In this document: positions 23,109 to 35,725 of the stretch, piece by piece | Layout of the letters: each line of letters opens with the position of its first letter | How positions within the stretch are numbered: position 1 is the stretch's first letter | NCBI RefSeq assembly: GCF_964188315.1 | Contig: NC_135673.1 | Coordinates: forward strand, 39,866,001 to 39,930,000 | Length of the DNA: 64,000 bases | Source: Podarcis muralis | Taxonomy: Eukaryota | Direction: 5' to 3' | Notes under the pieces: generated by a model | The model's input: the letters and a program-made list of their open reading frames with translations, nothing else | Told to the model about the DNA's origin: nothing | Databases searched by the model: none | Position numbers and translations under genes: made by a program

Positions 23109-23152
23109 CAAAAAAAACAACTCCTCTGTTGAACTTCTTGAAGAATAAACAG
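23109..23152 (+). CDS. UPF3B: UPF3B exon 6
   Basis: AKKTTPLLNFLKNKQ; 44 nt; donor CAG|GTAACA. Confidence 0.95.
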
Positions 23153-24270
23153 GTAACAATTATTTCAGAACAGCCTGCTTAATTATGTTGGCATTTTTGA
23201 ATATTTGAATGCTGTCCAATAACACTTAATCTCATGGCAGTAGTGAGTGAGATTGAAAAACCTGTTATTGGATCTTGTTATGTGTACTTCGGCATTTCCA
23301 GCTTTCTTTGGAAGAGGCTACCAGGGTGAAATGAATGTTTTAAAATCATTATTCCCACAGGTGTCCTAATACAGCAACTCTGAATTTTGCATAATTTCAG
23401 AATATATGTTTTGGGGTAAAGGTAATTGCTCAAATTAATTTTGTTAAATAGCAGTCAGCAGACCATTAAAACATAGCAATTGACAATTAGTCTTGATAAC
23501 ATTCATGAAAATATTAATACAGCTGGAAAACACAGAATTAAAATTCTAGAATGAATATATGTGGGAAGCGCATGGCATGGGAATTTGTAGAAACCAAAAA
23601 ATGCTGTGTTCTTAAAAAAAAAATGGATAGTGAGATTTGTAAATTTGGACCCATCATGCCAAAAATTTGGGGCAAGGTAACACCAAGGTCATGATTTGGT
23701 CTGCCATCTTGAATCAAAATGGCAGCCAGCATCCAAGCATTGATGATGACTGCCAGCTCCAGAACTCTCAGGCCATGTTTGGTGACAATATCCTGAAACT
23801 TATGAAGAACAGGAAGCGGCAGACAAACCACTTTCCAAAATATATAGTAGATATAATATATGTACATTGGTCATAAGGCATCTAATAAAAATATTCAAAC
23901 ACTTTGCCAATTGTTCTTTAACAATTGGTTACTCTGGAACAATTGTAACTGTGAAGCAAAGTGATCTTTAGAGACGCAGAGGGGCAAGGGGGACTTTGTA
24001 ATAGGATATACTGGTCTTTCCTAGCCCCTTGATGAAAACTACAATGGAAAAAGATATGCAATACAGACCTCACCTCAGCATTGTTACAGGGGCAGCATTT
24101 GTGGTTCTTCAGCATTATAATATGGAATTGTAGAGTTGGAAGGGACACCAAGGGTTAACCAGGCCAACCCGCTGTAAGAATCTCAACATGTGGTCCCCCA
24201 TCTAATTTGAAACCATACTAGACCCTGCTTAGCTTCGCAAATGTGCTAGCAGTTTTATTGCCATCTAATA

Positions 24271-24630
24271 ACGCGGGTGGTGCTGTGGGTAAAAGCCTCA
24301 GCGCCTAGGGCTTGCCGATCGAAAGGTCGGCGGTTCGAATCCCCGCGGCAGGGTGCGCTCCCGTTGTTCGGTCCCAGCGCCTGCCAACCTAGCAGTTCGA
24401 AAGCATGTCAAAGTGCAAGTAGATAAATAGGGACCGCTTACTAGCAGGAAGGTAAACGGCGTTCCGTGTGCTGCGCTGGCTCGCCAGATGCGGCTTTGTC
24501 ACGCTGGCCACGTGACCCGGAAGTGTCTCCGGACAGCGCTGGCCCCCGGCCTCTTAAGTGAGATGAGCGCACAACCCTAGAGGCTGTCAAGACTGGCCCG
24601 TACGGGCAGGGGTACCTTTACCTTTACCTT
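24271..24630 (+). mobile_element. Sauria-type SINE
   Basis: acgcgggtggtgctgtgggtaaaagcc head through ggggtacctttacctttacctt tail; near-identical inverted partner of 21295-21655. Confidence 0.93.
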
Positions 24631-24993
24631 GATAAATTCGAGGGAAGAACATTAAACCTTGCCAGAGAGAAATACTTCCTAGGTTTAAGGATTATTTACC
24701 AACTCAAGTATGGCGTTCCATCTTTACAAAGGTTCATAGTAACCCCAGTGACTATGGGGAGCAGAGTACCCTTGCAGCTCCTTGAAGCTCCCGGAGATCT
24801 ATATCTAAAATCCTCCGTTAAAATTTTTATTTGACGTCCTTAGATCCATGGTTAATAGGTAGGAGAGCAATAGGTTATGTTGTCGGGTAAAGGTAATGAT
24901 TGTTATTACAGTGCTCAAATAAATCTTTTCTATTTGTGAGCTTCTAACTTCTTAATACATATACAGAACTGTTCCTAGTGCTATATGCCATTA

Positions 24994-25143
24994 GCCAATT
25001 GGATAGCTCAGTTGGTTAGAGCGTGGTGCTGATAACGCCAAGGTTGCAGGTTCAACCCTTGTATGGGCCAACTGCATATTCCTGCATTGCAGGGGGTTGG
25101 ACTAGATGATCCCCAGGGTACCTTCCAACTCTACGATTCTATG
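24994..25143 (+). mobile_element. SINE with tRNA-Ile-like head and CR1-like tail
   Basis: tagctcagttggttagagcgtggtgctgataacgccaagg head, followed by gggggttggactagatgatcc...ccttccaactctacgattctatg; acceptor stem does not pair. Confidence 0.75.
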
Positions 25144-25262
25144 GTTTACCACCCATTCACTCAGTTTGGAGCTTTTGGAGCAGTTTATGATGCAAAATCT
25201 CTCCTGTCCCACCATAAAGACTTGGCTAAAGTCTCACTACATCTTTTCCCCCCATCTTACAG

Positions 25263-25451
25263 CGGCTTAGAGAAGAAAAACGAGAGGAGAGGAGGAGGAG
25301 AGAACTAGAGAGGAAGAGACAACGAGAAGAAGAAAGAAGAAAATGGAAAGAGGAAGAAAGAAGGAAAAGGAAAGAAGCCGAAAAAACAAAGAAAGTGGAG
25401 CGATGCCCAGAAAAAGAAAGGGACAAATCAAAGGATGAACCAAAGATTAAG
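25263..25451 (+). CDS. UPF3B: UPF3B exon 7 (charged coiled-coil)
   Basis: RLREEKREERRRRELERKRQREEERRKWKEEE...DEPKIK; 189 nt. Confidence 0.95.
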
Positions 25452-26062
25452 GTATGCCTTCATTCCTGTAGGATGCATTGGCCATATGTTGCTTTCGTAT
25501 TCACACTCGTGAAATATGAGAGAAATTTTGCATTTGGCTTTGTATAAAGTGTGCTCTTTTTTTGCATGCACACAGTTATTTGAGGTTGCAATCCTATCCA
25601 TGCTTGGGACTAAGTTATACAGACTTAGATTAAAGTATTATAGAATAGTACTCAGTTCTGCACAGCATGTGTTTTGAAGGCACTGTGTAAACAAACAGTG
25701 GTGACAAGTTCTTATTTATTGCACCAGAAGCTAGCAGTAGAAATCTCTTGAGAATAAAAAGCAGAACATAGAATAAGGCCATAATCCTATACCATTAAGC
25801 CTGAGAGTAAACACCACTGGACTCAGTGGGATGTGTGCTCAGAAGTATTGGATTGCGTTAGGATTTTTTTTTTAAAAAAAACAAAGTTCTGGTAATGATA
25901 AGAAACAGTGAATCACGGAAATAGCTAGTCACGTAATGCTAATATCTTTACTCTTGTATTATGCACCAGGTACCCCCTTGGCTTTCAGTGCAGACCAGCA
26001 TCCTAGCACAGTTAGCAGCAGAATTAACTTAGTAAGGAAAACTAAATTTGTTCTCTTCCTAG

Positions 26063-26223
26063 CTACTTAAGAAGCCAGAAAAAGATGAAAGAGACTTTGA
26101 AAAGAAAGAAAAGGTCAAGAAACCAGAGAAAGAGAGCCTGAGGGAGGAAAAGGCAGCAAGTGCAACCAGCAGTATGCCAGCCAGGCGCTCCGATGGGGAG
26201 GCGAAGGAGGAGAAGTCCAAAAA
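26063..26223 (+). CDS. UPF3B: UPF3B exon 8
   Basis: LLKKPEKDERDFEKKEKVKKPEKESLREEKAASATSSMPARRSDGEAKEEKSK; 161 nt; donor AA|GTCAGT, phase 2. Confidence 0.9.
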
Positions 26224-26792
26224 GTCAGTGCTTTCATTTCAGTACATATCCTTATTTCTCAGAATATGATTATTAATTAGGCTGCCTCGTACCAGATCTG
26301 CTTGTAAATTCTATAGTTGACTCGTGTTCCAGATTAGAACTGTGGAGGGACCACCTTTTGGTCTTTCCAGTCTTTCTCGCAGTTCCAAATGGCTGAAGAT
26401 CAGATCGCCAGTAATGCAGCTCAGTTAGGGTCCCTTCGCATATTAGAATTTAATTATTTTTAAGTACGCTTCTCAAAGTGTAAACTGAAAAGCGAAGTGT
26501 TACAAATGCCAGAGAACTACGATTGACTGCTGTTCAGCTGCAAAGCTGGGTTTGTTGCCGCTCGAAGCATGAGAAACAGCCTTGAGAATTTCTGGTTTAG
26601 TAAATAGCCTTGTGTTATCTTTGGCTGTGGTTTTCAAGAAATGTACAGTAGCTGATACTTGGTTAGAACTCTTTCCAGGATGCTCTCTTTCCAGGGCGTC
26701 ATTTTAGTGCCTGCATGGCAATATAGTGGCGATAGGCCTTCATTTTACTGTCTTCTCTCCGGATTGAATCTCCCAAGTCTCTTTTCATACAG

Positions 26793-27111
26793 ATTGGAAG
26801 ATGACTGTGGAAAAGACTATAGAGAAAGAGAGAGAGAATATGACCGAGACAGAGAGTATGAGAGAATGCAAAGAGAAAGAGACAAACTCCGACGCCAAGA
26901 AGAAGAGAGAAGGAGGCAGAAAGAGCGCTTCGAGAAAGAGAAGGTTTTTAGAAGAAAGGAGGAAGATGTGAAAAGGGAAAGAGACTCATTGCGAGAGAAA
27001 GGGAAGAGAGCTGAATTGGCAGAGTACATGGGCAATGCAGAAAAATCCGAGAAAGTAACCAAAGAGGAGAAAAAAGAAGATATGGCTAAGAGGGATCGCA
27101 TTAGAAACAAG
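26793..27111 (+). CDS. UPF3B: UPF3B exon 9
   Basis: LEDDCGKDYREREREYDRDREY...KRDRIRNK; 319 nt; donor AAG|GTGCTG. Confidence 0.95.
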
Positions 27112-27528
27112 GTGCTGATTGGTTCTGTAATAAAATCATTGTTCTTTGTTAGGCTGTGGGTGTATGCAGCTCTTTATTATAGACACAGAATGTTAAAAAA
27201 ATATGACTGCATCTAAGGACATTACAAAATAAGTTTTTTTTGTAGTACAACTTATTTCCCACTGGGAATGCATAGGATTGCAATTACAGGATTGTAGAAA
27301 TGATTGGCTTGCTTATCTAGTAAGTGACATTTATTTCTGCTCTTTTTTTGCAAGAAGTTCAGGAGTAGCACCTGTGGGGCTATCCCATATATTCCCCTTG
27401 ACCAAAAGCCCTGGAACTTCAAGGCGGAGGGGTGGGGTGGCAGCAAGGGGATTGGACCTATATCTCTGTTCCAGGTCTGGTACTCTTTCACTGTTATGCA
27501 TCACAGCTTTATGTATTCTTAATTTAAG

Positions 27529-27672
27529 GATCGCCCAGCCATGCAGCTCTACCAACCAGGAGCTCGGAATCGAAGTCGTTTGTCAGGCTATGATGAAAGC
27601 TCTGCAAAGTCACCCGATCAAGGAGTGGATAAGAAGCAGGAGTGCGAGACCAGTAACACAAAAGAAGAGTGA
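27529..27672 (+). CDS. UPF3B: UPF3B last coding exon (EJC-binding motif)
   Basis: DRPAMQLYQPGARNRSR...TKEE*; candidate poly(A) signal AATAAA at 28521-28526. Confidence 0.95.
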   Translation, partial: DRPAMQLYQPGARNRSRLSGYDESSAKSPDQGVDKKQECETSNTKEE

Positions 27673-29566
27673 CAAGTGTTGTGCTTCCTCACTGACCTAG
27701 CAGCCAAAGAGCATTAACTTTGTAGTCCAAAAGTGCCTTGTAGAAAAGAGGAGGGAATAAAGGGGGAACAGTACTTTTGGATGTATCTGGTTTCAGGTCC
27801 TCGTTGCACATTTGGGACTGTGGGCTTGGGCGTCCTCAATACATTTTCAGTTGTGGGAGGTAGTGGCAGCAAAACCACAAGGGGGAGAAAACTTCCATCT
27901 CTGAAGAGTGGAAAGGCCTTGTCACCCTAAAATAGGACGAGTGGTTGCCCAGAATGAGTGCTGTCTTTCAGATAAAAGCCACGAACCAGTATTTGCACTT
28001 AACATACAGCCATGTTGGAGCCTCATGTTTGTTCAAGTGTTAAATGTCTTTTACCACTGTGCTGTGTGGAGTGTGGTCTTCTGACCTGTTTCATTAACTG
28101 GAGGTAGCGTGGGAAGGTCCAACGTAATCTTGGTACTGAAGACATCTTTTTGTCTGGTGTGCTGCTTGTAGCCGACTGCAAAATGAATTTTCAGAACAAG
28201 GCATGGATGCTAATATCTTTCTTTGTTCTTTCACTTAACATTTGTATAGCTTGAAGGCAAATGAACCTCGCCATAGGAATCGTGTTGTTGTTTTTTACAC
28301 ATGTCTTCTAAAGTCCAGATATAGATGTATATTGAAGGTAGCTGCATAGTCCTCAACAGTCCCTGCATTCGACCTTCTTTTGTTTCCTGGTATCTCATAG
28401 GAAAAATGATCCGTTTTAATTGTGCACTGTTTTTACCGAAGCTGTAGAGCATCTGGCAACCCAGGAAAGTTTTGCTAAGAGTTGTACCTCCTCTTTGTGG
28501 CAGTACCCTATTTGATACTTAATAAAACTCTATGAAGTAGCATTTAAAATTGCTTGTTAGTATTTTTTATGTAATTATTTAGCATCTTTGTGTCTTTGAA
28601 GTTTTATCATGTCCAATATCATATGAGGGTGGACTTCAATAATCTTTCAATATATATATATTTTAAATATAAAAAAGAAAAGAGATCTTCCACCTGGCTG
28701 CTGCAGCAAGATGTAGAGGGTTAAATTCCCCCTTGATCCTACCATTTATGATCCTGTTAATCATCTGCCCGTCCACCCAGCTGACTGCAACTTTAATTTT
28801 TAAAAGGCTGCATGTCAGTTGTTTTTCCATTTATGAAGAATGGCTTCCTATGAGGCATCTCAAAGTGATTTACAATACATATGAAGATACTACCTGCAAC
28901 TTGAACTTGACTGGTTACTTGCCAATTTTAATTCATTCTCAAACCTTTATTGGCATATAGACAAAATTCTGAAAGGTTCAGTACAATCACATCACTCAGC
29001 AAAATCTGCACCCAACATTAAAAATACTGTTGTATAATATTCACGAATCCTCATTGCATGTTGCAGGAACCTGCCTATTTCCATCTTATCCCCACCCTGG
29101 GTAAACATTAGGAAGGCTACCTTACACTCATCTGACTGCCACTCCTGCTAACAGCCAACTGATTAATGAACTTGGATCGAATTGTCTAAACACAAGAGGC
29201 AATGCAAAAGAACATGCACAACTGATTCGGGCACAATGTTTCTGTGAGTGGTATGGGTTGGTTGGATGGTGGAGATAAGTTGTCATTGGCTATTCACATT
29301 TCACATCTCCAAACTTGCACAGATGCTATTCCTGATTTGGCTACCAAATTCTTGAAATTCCTTGTCTTAACAATCTGCATTTAATTATCTCAAATGCAGG
29401 GGTTTTCCAATAAGCAGTACATTAGGAGTCTAATGGGATTCCTATCTGTCTAATTTTGTTCTCAATCCTCCTTAATCATCCTGATGATTGTTATTCAGCT
29501 AACATGGCCACAAGAAGACTATTTGGTTCAGATCTGTAATGCAGCTACAAACAAAACTTAAATGCT

Positions 29567-30521
29567 ATAATAATAAGAATAATAAGAATAATAATTTATT
29601 ATTTGTACCCCGCCCATCTGCCTGGGTTTCCCCAGTCACTCTGGGCAGCTTCCACAAAGACCAAAAATACACTAAGATATCACACATTAAAAACTTCCCT
29701 GAACAGGGCTGCCTTAAGATGTCTTCTGAATGTCAGGTAGTTGTTTATCTCTTTGACATCTGATGGGAGGGCGTTCCACAGGGCGGGCGCCACTACCGAG
29801 AAGGCCCTCTGCCTGGTTCCCTGTAGCTTTGCTTCTCGCAATGAGGGAACCGCCAGAAGGCCCTCGGCACTGGACCTCAGCGTCCGGGCAGAACGATGGG
29901 GGTGGAGACGCTCCTTCAGGTATACTGGGCCGAGTCCGTTTAGGGCTTTAAAGGTCAACACCAACACTTTGAATTGTGCTCGGAAACGTACTGGCAGCCA
30001 ATGTAGGTCTTTCAAGACCGGTGTTATGCGGTCTCAGCGGCCACCCCCAGTCACCAGTCTAGCTGCTGCATTCTGGATTAGTTGTAATTTCCAGGTCACC
30101 TTCAAAGGTAGCCTCATGTAGAGCGCATTGCAGTAGTCCAAGCAAGAGATAACTAGAGCATGCACCACTCTGGCGAGATAGTCCGTGGACAGGTAGGGTC
30201 TTAGCCTGCGTACCAGGTAGAGCTGGTAGACAGCTGCCCTGGATACAGAATTGATCTGCGCCTCCATGGACAGCTGTGAATCCAGAATGACTCCCAGGCT
30301 GCGCACCTGGTCCTTCAGGGCACAGTTACCCCATTCAGGACCAGGGAGTCCTCCACACCAACCCGCCCCCTGTCCCCCCAAAACAGTACTTCTGTCTTGT
30401 CAGGATTCAACCTCAATCCATTAGCCACCATCCATCCTCCAACCGCCTCCAAGCACGCACACAGGACCTTCCCCACCTTCACTGGTTCTGATTTGAAAGA
30501 GAGGTAGAGCTGGGTATCATA
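29567..30521 (-). mobile_element. 5'-truncated L2-clade LINE
   Basis: LGVILDSQLSMEAQINSVSRAA...DLHWLPVRFRAQFKVLVLTFKAL on the minus strand with (TAT)n-type tail. Confidence 0.9.
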
Positions 30522-31273
30522 GCAGCCACACTTTAATTTCTAAAAGCCTTTGGTTTATTTCTAGACAAAGAATAGCTGGGGAGGGGAGGAATTTCAGAGG
30601 AAAACTGATTGAAGTCTTTCAGTAGCCTGGTTGTAGGCATTTATTCAAACTAGGATACCATGCAGTTGTGTTGAACAGTAGTTGAGGGCGTTGAATACCC
30701 TCAGGGCTGCTGGAACATACTGGTTCCCTTTGGAATAATGGAAATGAGTGATCACTGACATACTACTTTTTGCAGCATTAATAGCAAATTCTCTGCAGCT
30801 TACCCAGCCAGACTTATAATGGATATAAATGCCCAGGTATTTAAATCACTTAACTTGCTCAATGGTATGTCCTCTTATCAGCTGCTTATAGGCCGTGACT
30901 TTGTGAAGACCCATGTTTTTTGACTTCTCGAAAGTTAGTGTGATTTTATTACACTTGCAATACTGCAAAAAGTAGAGCAATTAGCATTTTAGACCTATTT
31001 GTAAGTGTGAAAGTACCAACGCATCGAACAATGGACGACCCTGTTAGAGGCAGCTCCACAGTTTATCTTGGTTTTTGTTAGTATTTTAGCATTTTAAAAG
31101 CTTTGTTTTCAAATGCCTGAGTTTGGTGGGCTGCAGTAAAGCAGGAGCTGCATTTTATCCAGTGGCTGCCCACTTCTCCTTTTGAGGATTCACTTAACAG
31201 GCTGGCTTTTATCTGCTTAGCTGCTGCAAGCCCAAATCTATAGTAGGAGTCATCCTCTGCTTTTAAACATTTA

Positions 31274-31513
31274 CAGTGGTACCTCTGGTTGCGAACGGAA
31301 TCCATTCCGGAGCCCTGTTCGCAACGTGAGCAGAACGCAACCCGCGTCTGCGTGGGTCACGATTCGCCGCTTCTGCACATGATGTCATTTTGCGTGTCTG
31401 CACATGCGCAAGCGGCAAAACTCAGAAGTAATCCTTTCCAGAACTTCCAGGTCGCCGCGGGACGCAACCTGAAAACGTGCAACCTGAAGCAAACGTAACA
31501 AGAGGTATGACTG
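31274..31513. mobile_element. Tigger-like MITE
   Basis: ta-cagtggtacctc ... gaggtatgactg-ta; same family as 54105-54350 in the opposite orientation. Confidence 0.85.
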
Positions 31514-31953
31514 TATTTCAGCTGCCTGTGCCTTGTGAGAGGTGCCTCCTCACACTGCCCCACAGGGGGCTGGGAAGAAATTGCCCCCAGCCTTAGTGAC
31601 CCAGCAGAGACTGGCCAGAGGTGAACGTGAGGCCAGCACCTTACCTCGGGAGGCAGCAGTGGCAGCAGCGGGCACTGCCAAGGCAGACTGGCTCCCTTTC
31701 AGCATCAGGCACTCAGCTCCCAGGCAGTCTTTGCACACAGCAAGCACAAGAAAGGCCAGCACAGTGCCTGCCTGCCTGCCTGGTCTCCCACTTGTCTGTC
31801 CATTCCCAACAGCAAGGGTTGGTGAAATAGATGGCTGGGCTCTCTTACCCGCTTGCTTGCTTGCTTGCTTACTCATGTTGTAAACAAAAATTTGCCCTTT
31901 TCCCTTATGGGGTATCCAAGAGCCCGTATAGAGTCCTTACGTAGGCTCCATAT

Positions 31954-32375
31954 TGGTAGGAGAAAATAACAGAGGCCAACCAGAGAATATTGAGAAGCAG
32001 CTAGTAAGCCTGATCTTTATTGATCTGTTGCAACGGGGTCCTCACTCACCCCACACAAGAGGGAGGAGGAACCCCGAGCAATGGCGTGCAAGGCCTTATA
32101 TAGACTTTTGAAATTGCCACCCTGTAGATCAAGACCACCCCCAGAAACATCATACATCACAGAAGGGATGTAACCTAAGACCACCCCCCAGATACATCAT
32201 ACCTACATCACAGAAAAGGCAGGCTAAAATAGAAATTTGAATGTTGTTTTTCCTGTTTGCCAGGTTATCTGACTGCCTTTCTTGATAGTCTGCCACCCAT
32301 TAAAATGCTGATTACTCAATTCCTGAGACAATGGGAAGGCTCCCTGACCCTCCCCCCCTCCTTCCAGGGAAAACA
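31954..32375 (-). mobile_element. Probable solo LTR of an endogenous retrovirus or LTR retrotransposon
   Basis: On the minus strand: a tandem enhancer-like repeat (agaccacccccaga.acatcatac..acatcacagaa, two copies), TATA (ctatataag, 32095-32103), then AATAAA (32016-32021) about 80 nt later; TG...CA ends plausible; no clear TSD. Confidence 0.55.
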
Positions 32376-32439
32376 TTTGGTCAGTTTGGGAATCAAAATG
32401 GTTTCAGGTCGGTCTTCACTGCCATCTGTCACTTCTGCC

Positions 32440-35313
32440 ACTGCCATCCACGACCTGATTGTGGATGGAGGACTTGACCTGGCATGTGTGACTGAGACCT
32501 GGTTGGATGAAGCAGATGGGCCTGTCCTTGCTGCTGCTTGCCCACCAGGTTTCTCTTACGCACAGCAACCCAGGTCATGTGGGCAGGGGGGGGGTTGCAG
32601 TGATTTTTAGGAAGTCTGCACCAGGCATTCTATTGGGAAGACCCAGTTTTCTGAGTGCATGTTCTGGAAGTTGGGCAATAGGGGCAGTACAGGATTCCTA
32701 TTGGTGTACCGACCTCCCCGCTGCACCAAGGATTCCCTGCCCGAGCTGCTTCAGGTCGTGGCGGATATGCTCCTGGAGACACTTAGCTTGGTTGTCCTGG
32801 GGAATTTTAACATCCATGCCGACACGACCTTACAAGGGGCCGCTCGGGACTTTGTGGAAAGCATGGCCTCCATGGGGCTGTCCCTGAATAAGTTTGGCCC
32901 AACTCATAGCTGTGGACATGCCTTAGACTTGGTGTTTACCTCTACGGATGTTGGTGATCTGACACTAACTAAAAGCGAAACAAAAGAAGTGCCATGGTCA
33001 GATCACTTCCTGGTGCAACTGGACTTCTCTGCAACCCTTCCCCTCTGCAGGGAGGTGGGACTGATTCGGATGGTCCGCCCCCGCTACTTAATGGATCCAA
33101 TTGGCTTCCAGAGAGTGGTAGGGGATGTTTGATCCCAAGTTGATGGCCTTTCAGCTGATTCCCTGGTGGCACGCTGGAATGCAGAGTTAACCAGGGCTAT
33201 TGACTGTCTGGCTCCGAAGCGCCCTCTCCGATTGCATGGAGCCCGGACAGCCCCGTGGTTTTCCATGGAGCTGAGGGCGATGAAACAATAGTTGAGATGG
33301 CTAGAGCGCCGGTGGCAGAAAACTCATTCTGAATCAGACTGGACACGGGCTAGAGCTCAACGTAGAGCCTATCAAGTGGCAATGGCAATGGCAAAGAGGG
33401 CCTTTTGCACCGCCTACATTACATCTGCAGAAAACAGCAGCAGGAGACTTTTTCAGGTGGTTTGCAATCTATCGGAAACACCTGCACCACCGGGGCCTGG
33501 TAGGGACCCCAAGATCTCCTGCTATGCTTTTGCAAAGTTTTTTGCAGATAAAGTTGCTCAGATTCAGAAGGAGAATCCACCGTGGGAGCAGGGCCAGGGC
33601 AGGAGAGTGCTAGAGTTCTGTCTAGTCTTGTTACATGGGATCAATTTCAATCTGTTACCTCCGAGGATGTGGACAGGCTGCTTGGACAAGTGAAACAGAC
33701 CACCTGATCCTTGATCCTTGTCTCCTTGATCCTTGCCCATCCTGGCTGATAAAAGCGAGCCAGGAAGGGCTGGGCGATGGGCTCTGCGGGATGGTGAATG
33801 CTTCCCTCTGTGAGGGAGCCTTCGCAGACCCACTGAAAGAAACCGCTTCTTAAAAAAAACATCCTTAGACCCGGCCAATATGGCCAACTATCGCCCAGTC
33901 TCAAATCTACCATTCTTAGGCAAGGTGACTGAGCGGGTGGTTGCCGAACAACTCCAAGCACGCCTGGAGGATGCCGACCATTTGGATCCCTTCCAGTCGG
34001 GATTCAGGCCTCACCATGGGACTGAAACTGCCTTGGTCGTGCTGGTTGATCTCCGGCGGGTTAGGGACAAAGGTGAGAGCTGTTTCCTAGTTCTGCTGGA
34101 TCTCTCAGCGGCCTTTGACACCATCGACTATAACATCCTTCTGGACCATCTAGGGGGGCTGGGAGCTGGGGGCACTGTTATAAGGTGGTTCCACTCCTTT
34201 CTCCTGGGTTGTGTCCAAAAAGTGGTGTTGGGGGATGAGTGTTCAGACCCCTGGGCTCTCACTTATGGGGTGCCTCAAGGTTCCGTCCTCTCCTCCATGC
34301 TTTTTAATATCTATATGAAGCTGCTGGGAGAGATCATCAGGGGGTTTGGGCTGGGTGTTCATCAGTATTCAGATGACACCCAGCTCTACCTCTCCTTTAA
34401 ATCAGAACCAGTGAAGGCGGTGAAGGGCCTGTGTGGGTGCCTGGTGGCAGTTGGAGGATAGATGGCGGCTAACAGATTGAGGTTGAATCCTGACAAGACA
34501 GATGTACTGTTTTGGGGGGACAGGGGGCGGGCAGGTGTGGGGGATTCCCTGGTCCTGAATGGACCAGGTGTGCAGCCTGGGAGTCATTTTGGACTCACAG
34601 CTGTCCATGGAGGCGCAGGTTAATTCTGTGTCCAGGGCGGCTGTCTACCAGCTCCACCTGGTACGCAGGCTAAGACCCTATCTGCCCGCGGACTGTCTCA
34701 CAAGAGTGGTGCATGCTCTAGTTATCTCCCGCTTGGACTACTGCAACGCGCTCTACATGGGGCTACCTTTGAACGTGACCTGGAAACTGCAGTTAATCCA
34801 GAATGCAGCAGCTAGATTGGTGACTGGGAGGGGCCGCTGGGACCACATAACACCCGTCCTGAGTGATCTGCATTGTCTCCCAGTATGTTTCCGAGCACGA
34901 TTCAAAGTGTTGGTGTTGACCTTTAAAGCCCTTAACGGCCTCGGTCCTGTATACCTGAAGGAGCATCTCCACGCCCATCGTTCAGCCCGGACACTGAGAT
35001 CCAGCGCAGAGGGCCTTCTGGTGGTTCCCTCACTGTAAGAAGTGAGGTTACAGGGAACCAGGCAGAGGGCCTTCTCGGTAGTGGCGCCCACCCTGTGGAA
35101 CACCCTCCCTTCAGATGTGAAGGAAATAAGCAGCTATCCTATCTTTAAAAGACATCTGAAGGCAGCCCTGTTCAGGGAAGTTTTTAATAGTTAATGCTGT
35201 ACGGTTTTTAACACTTGATTGGGAGCCGCCCAGAGTGGCTGGGGAAACTCAGCCAGATGGGCGGGGTAAAAATAATAAATCATTATTATTATCACCATCA
35301 TCATCATCATTAT
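32440..35313 (+). mobile_element. About 2.9-kb degraded L2-clade LINE with endonuclease and reverse-transcriptase fragments
   Basis: AIHDLIVDGGLDLACVTETWL (APE), [41 protein letters not shown]; many stops and frameshifts; 3' UTR and tail present. Confidence 0.93.
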
Positions 35314-35362
35314 TCCTGCGCTGATCTATGCACGTGCTTGGTTGGTACACTTACGAACTTTA

Positions 35363-35725
35363 AAGGTAAAGGTACCCCTGCCCGTACGGGCCAGTCGTGT
35401 CCGACTCTAGGGTTGTGCGCCCATCTCACTTAAGAGGCCGGGGGCCAGCGCTGTCCGGAGACACTTCCGGGTCACGTGGCCAGCGTGACGAAGCTGCTCT
35501 GGCAAGCCGGCACCAGCGCAGCACACGGAAACGCCATTTACCTTCCCGCTATAAAGCGGTACCTATTTATCTACTTGCACTTAGGGGTGCTTTCGAACTG
35601 CTAGGTGGGCAGGAGCTGGGACCGAGCGACGGGAGCTCACCCCGCTGCGGAGATTCGAACCGCCGACCATGCAATCGGCAAGTCCTAGGCACTGAGGTTT
35701 TACCCACAGCGCCACCCGCGTCCCC
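35363..35725 (-). mobile_element. Sauria-type SINE with TSD
   Basis: TSD ttacgaacttta on both sides. Confidence 0.93.

Noticed and set aside
24994-25070. tRNA-Ile(GAT)-like gene
   Set aside because: D, anticodon and T arms can form, but the acceptor stem (aattgga versus atgggcc) does not pair and a CR1-like tail follows; it is a SINE.
26817-27110. Minus-strand S/L/F-rich ORF
   Set aside because: Simple antisense reading of purine-rich UPF3B exon 9.
32440-35100. Functional reverse transcriptase gene
   Set aside because: Fragments in several frames with stops and deletions; a dead L2 copy. The same applies to 53247-55140.
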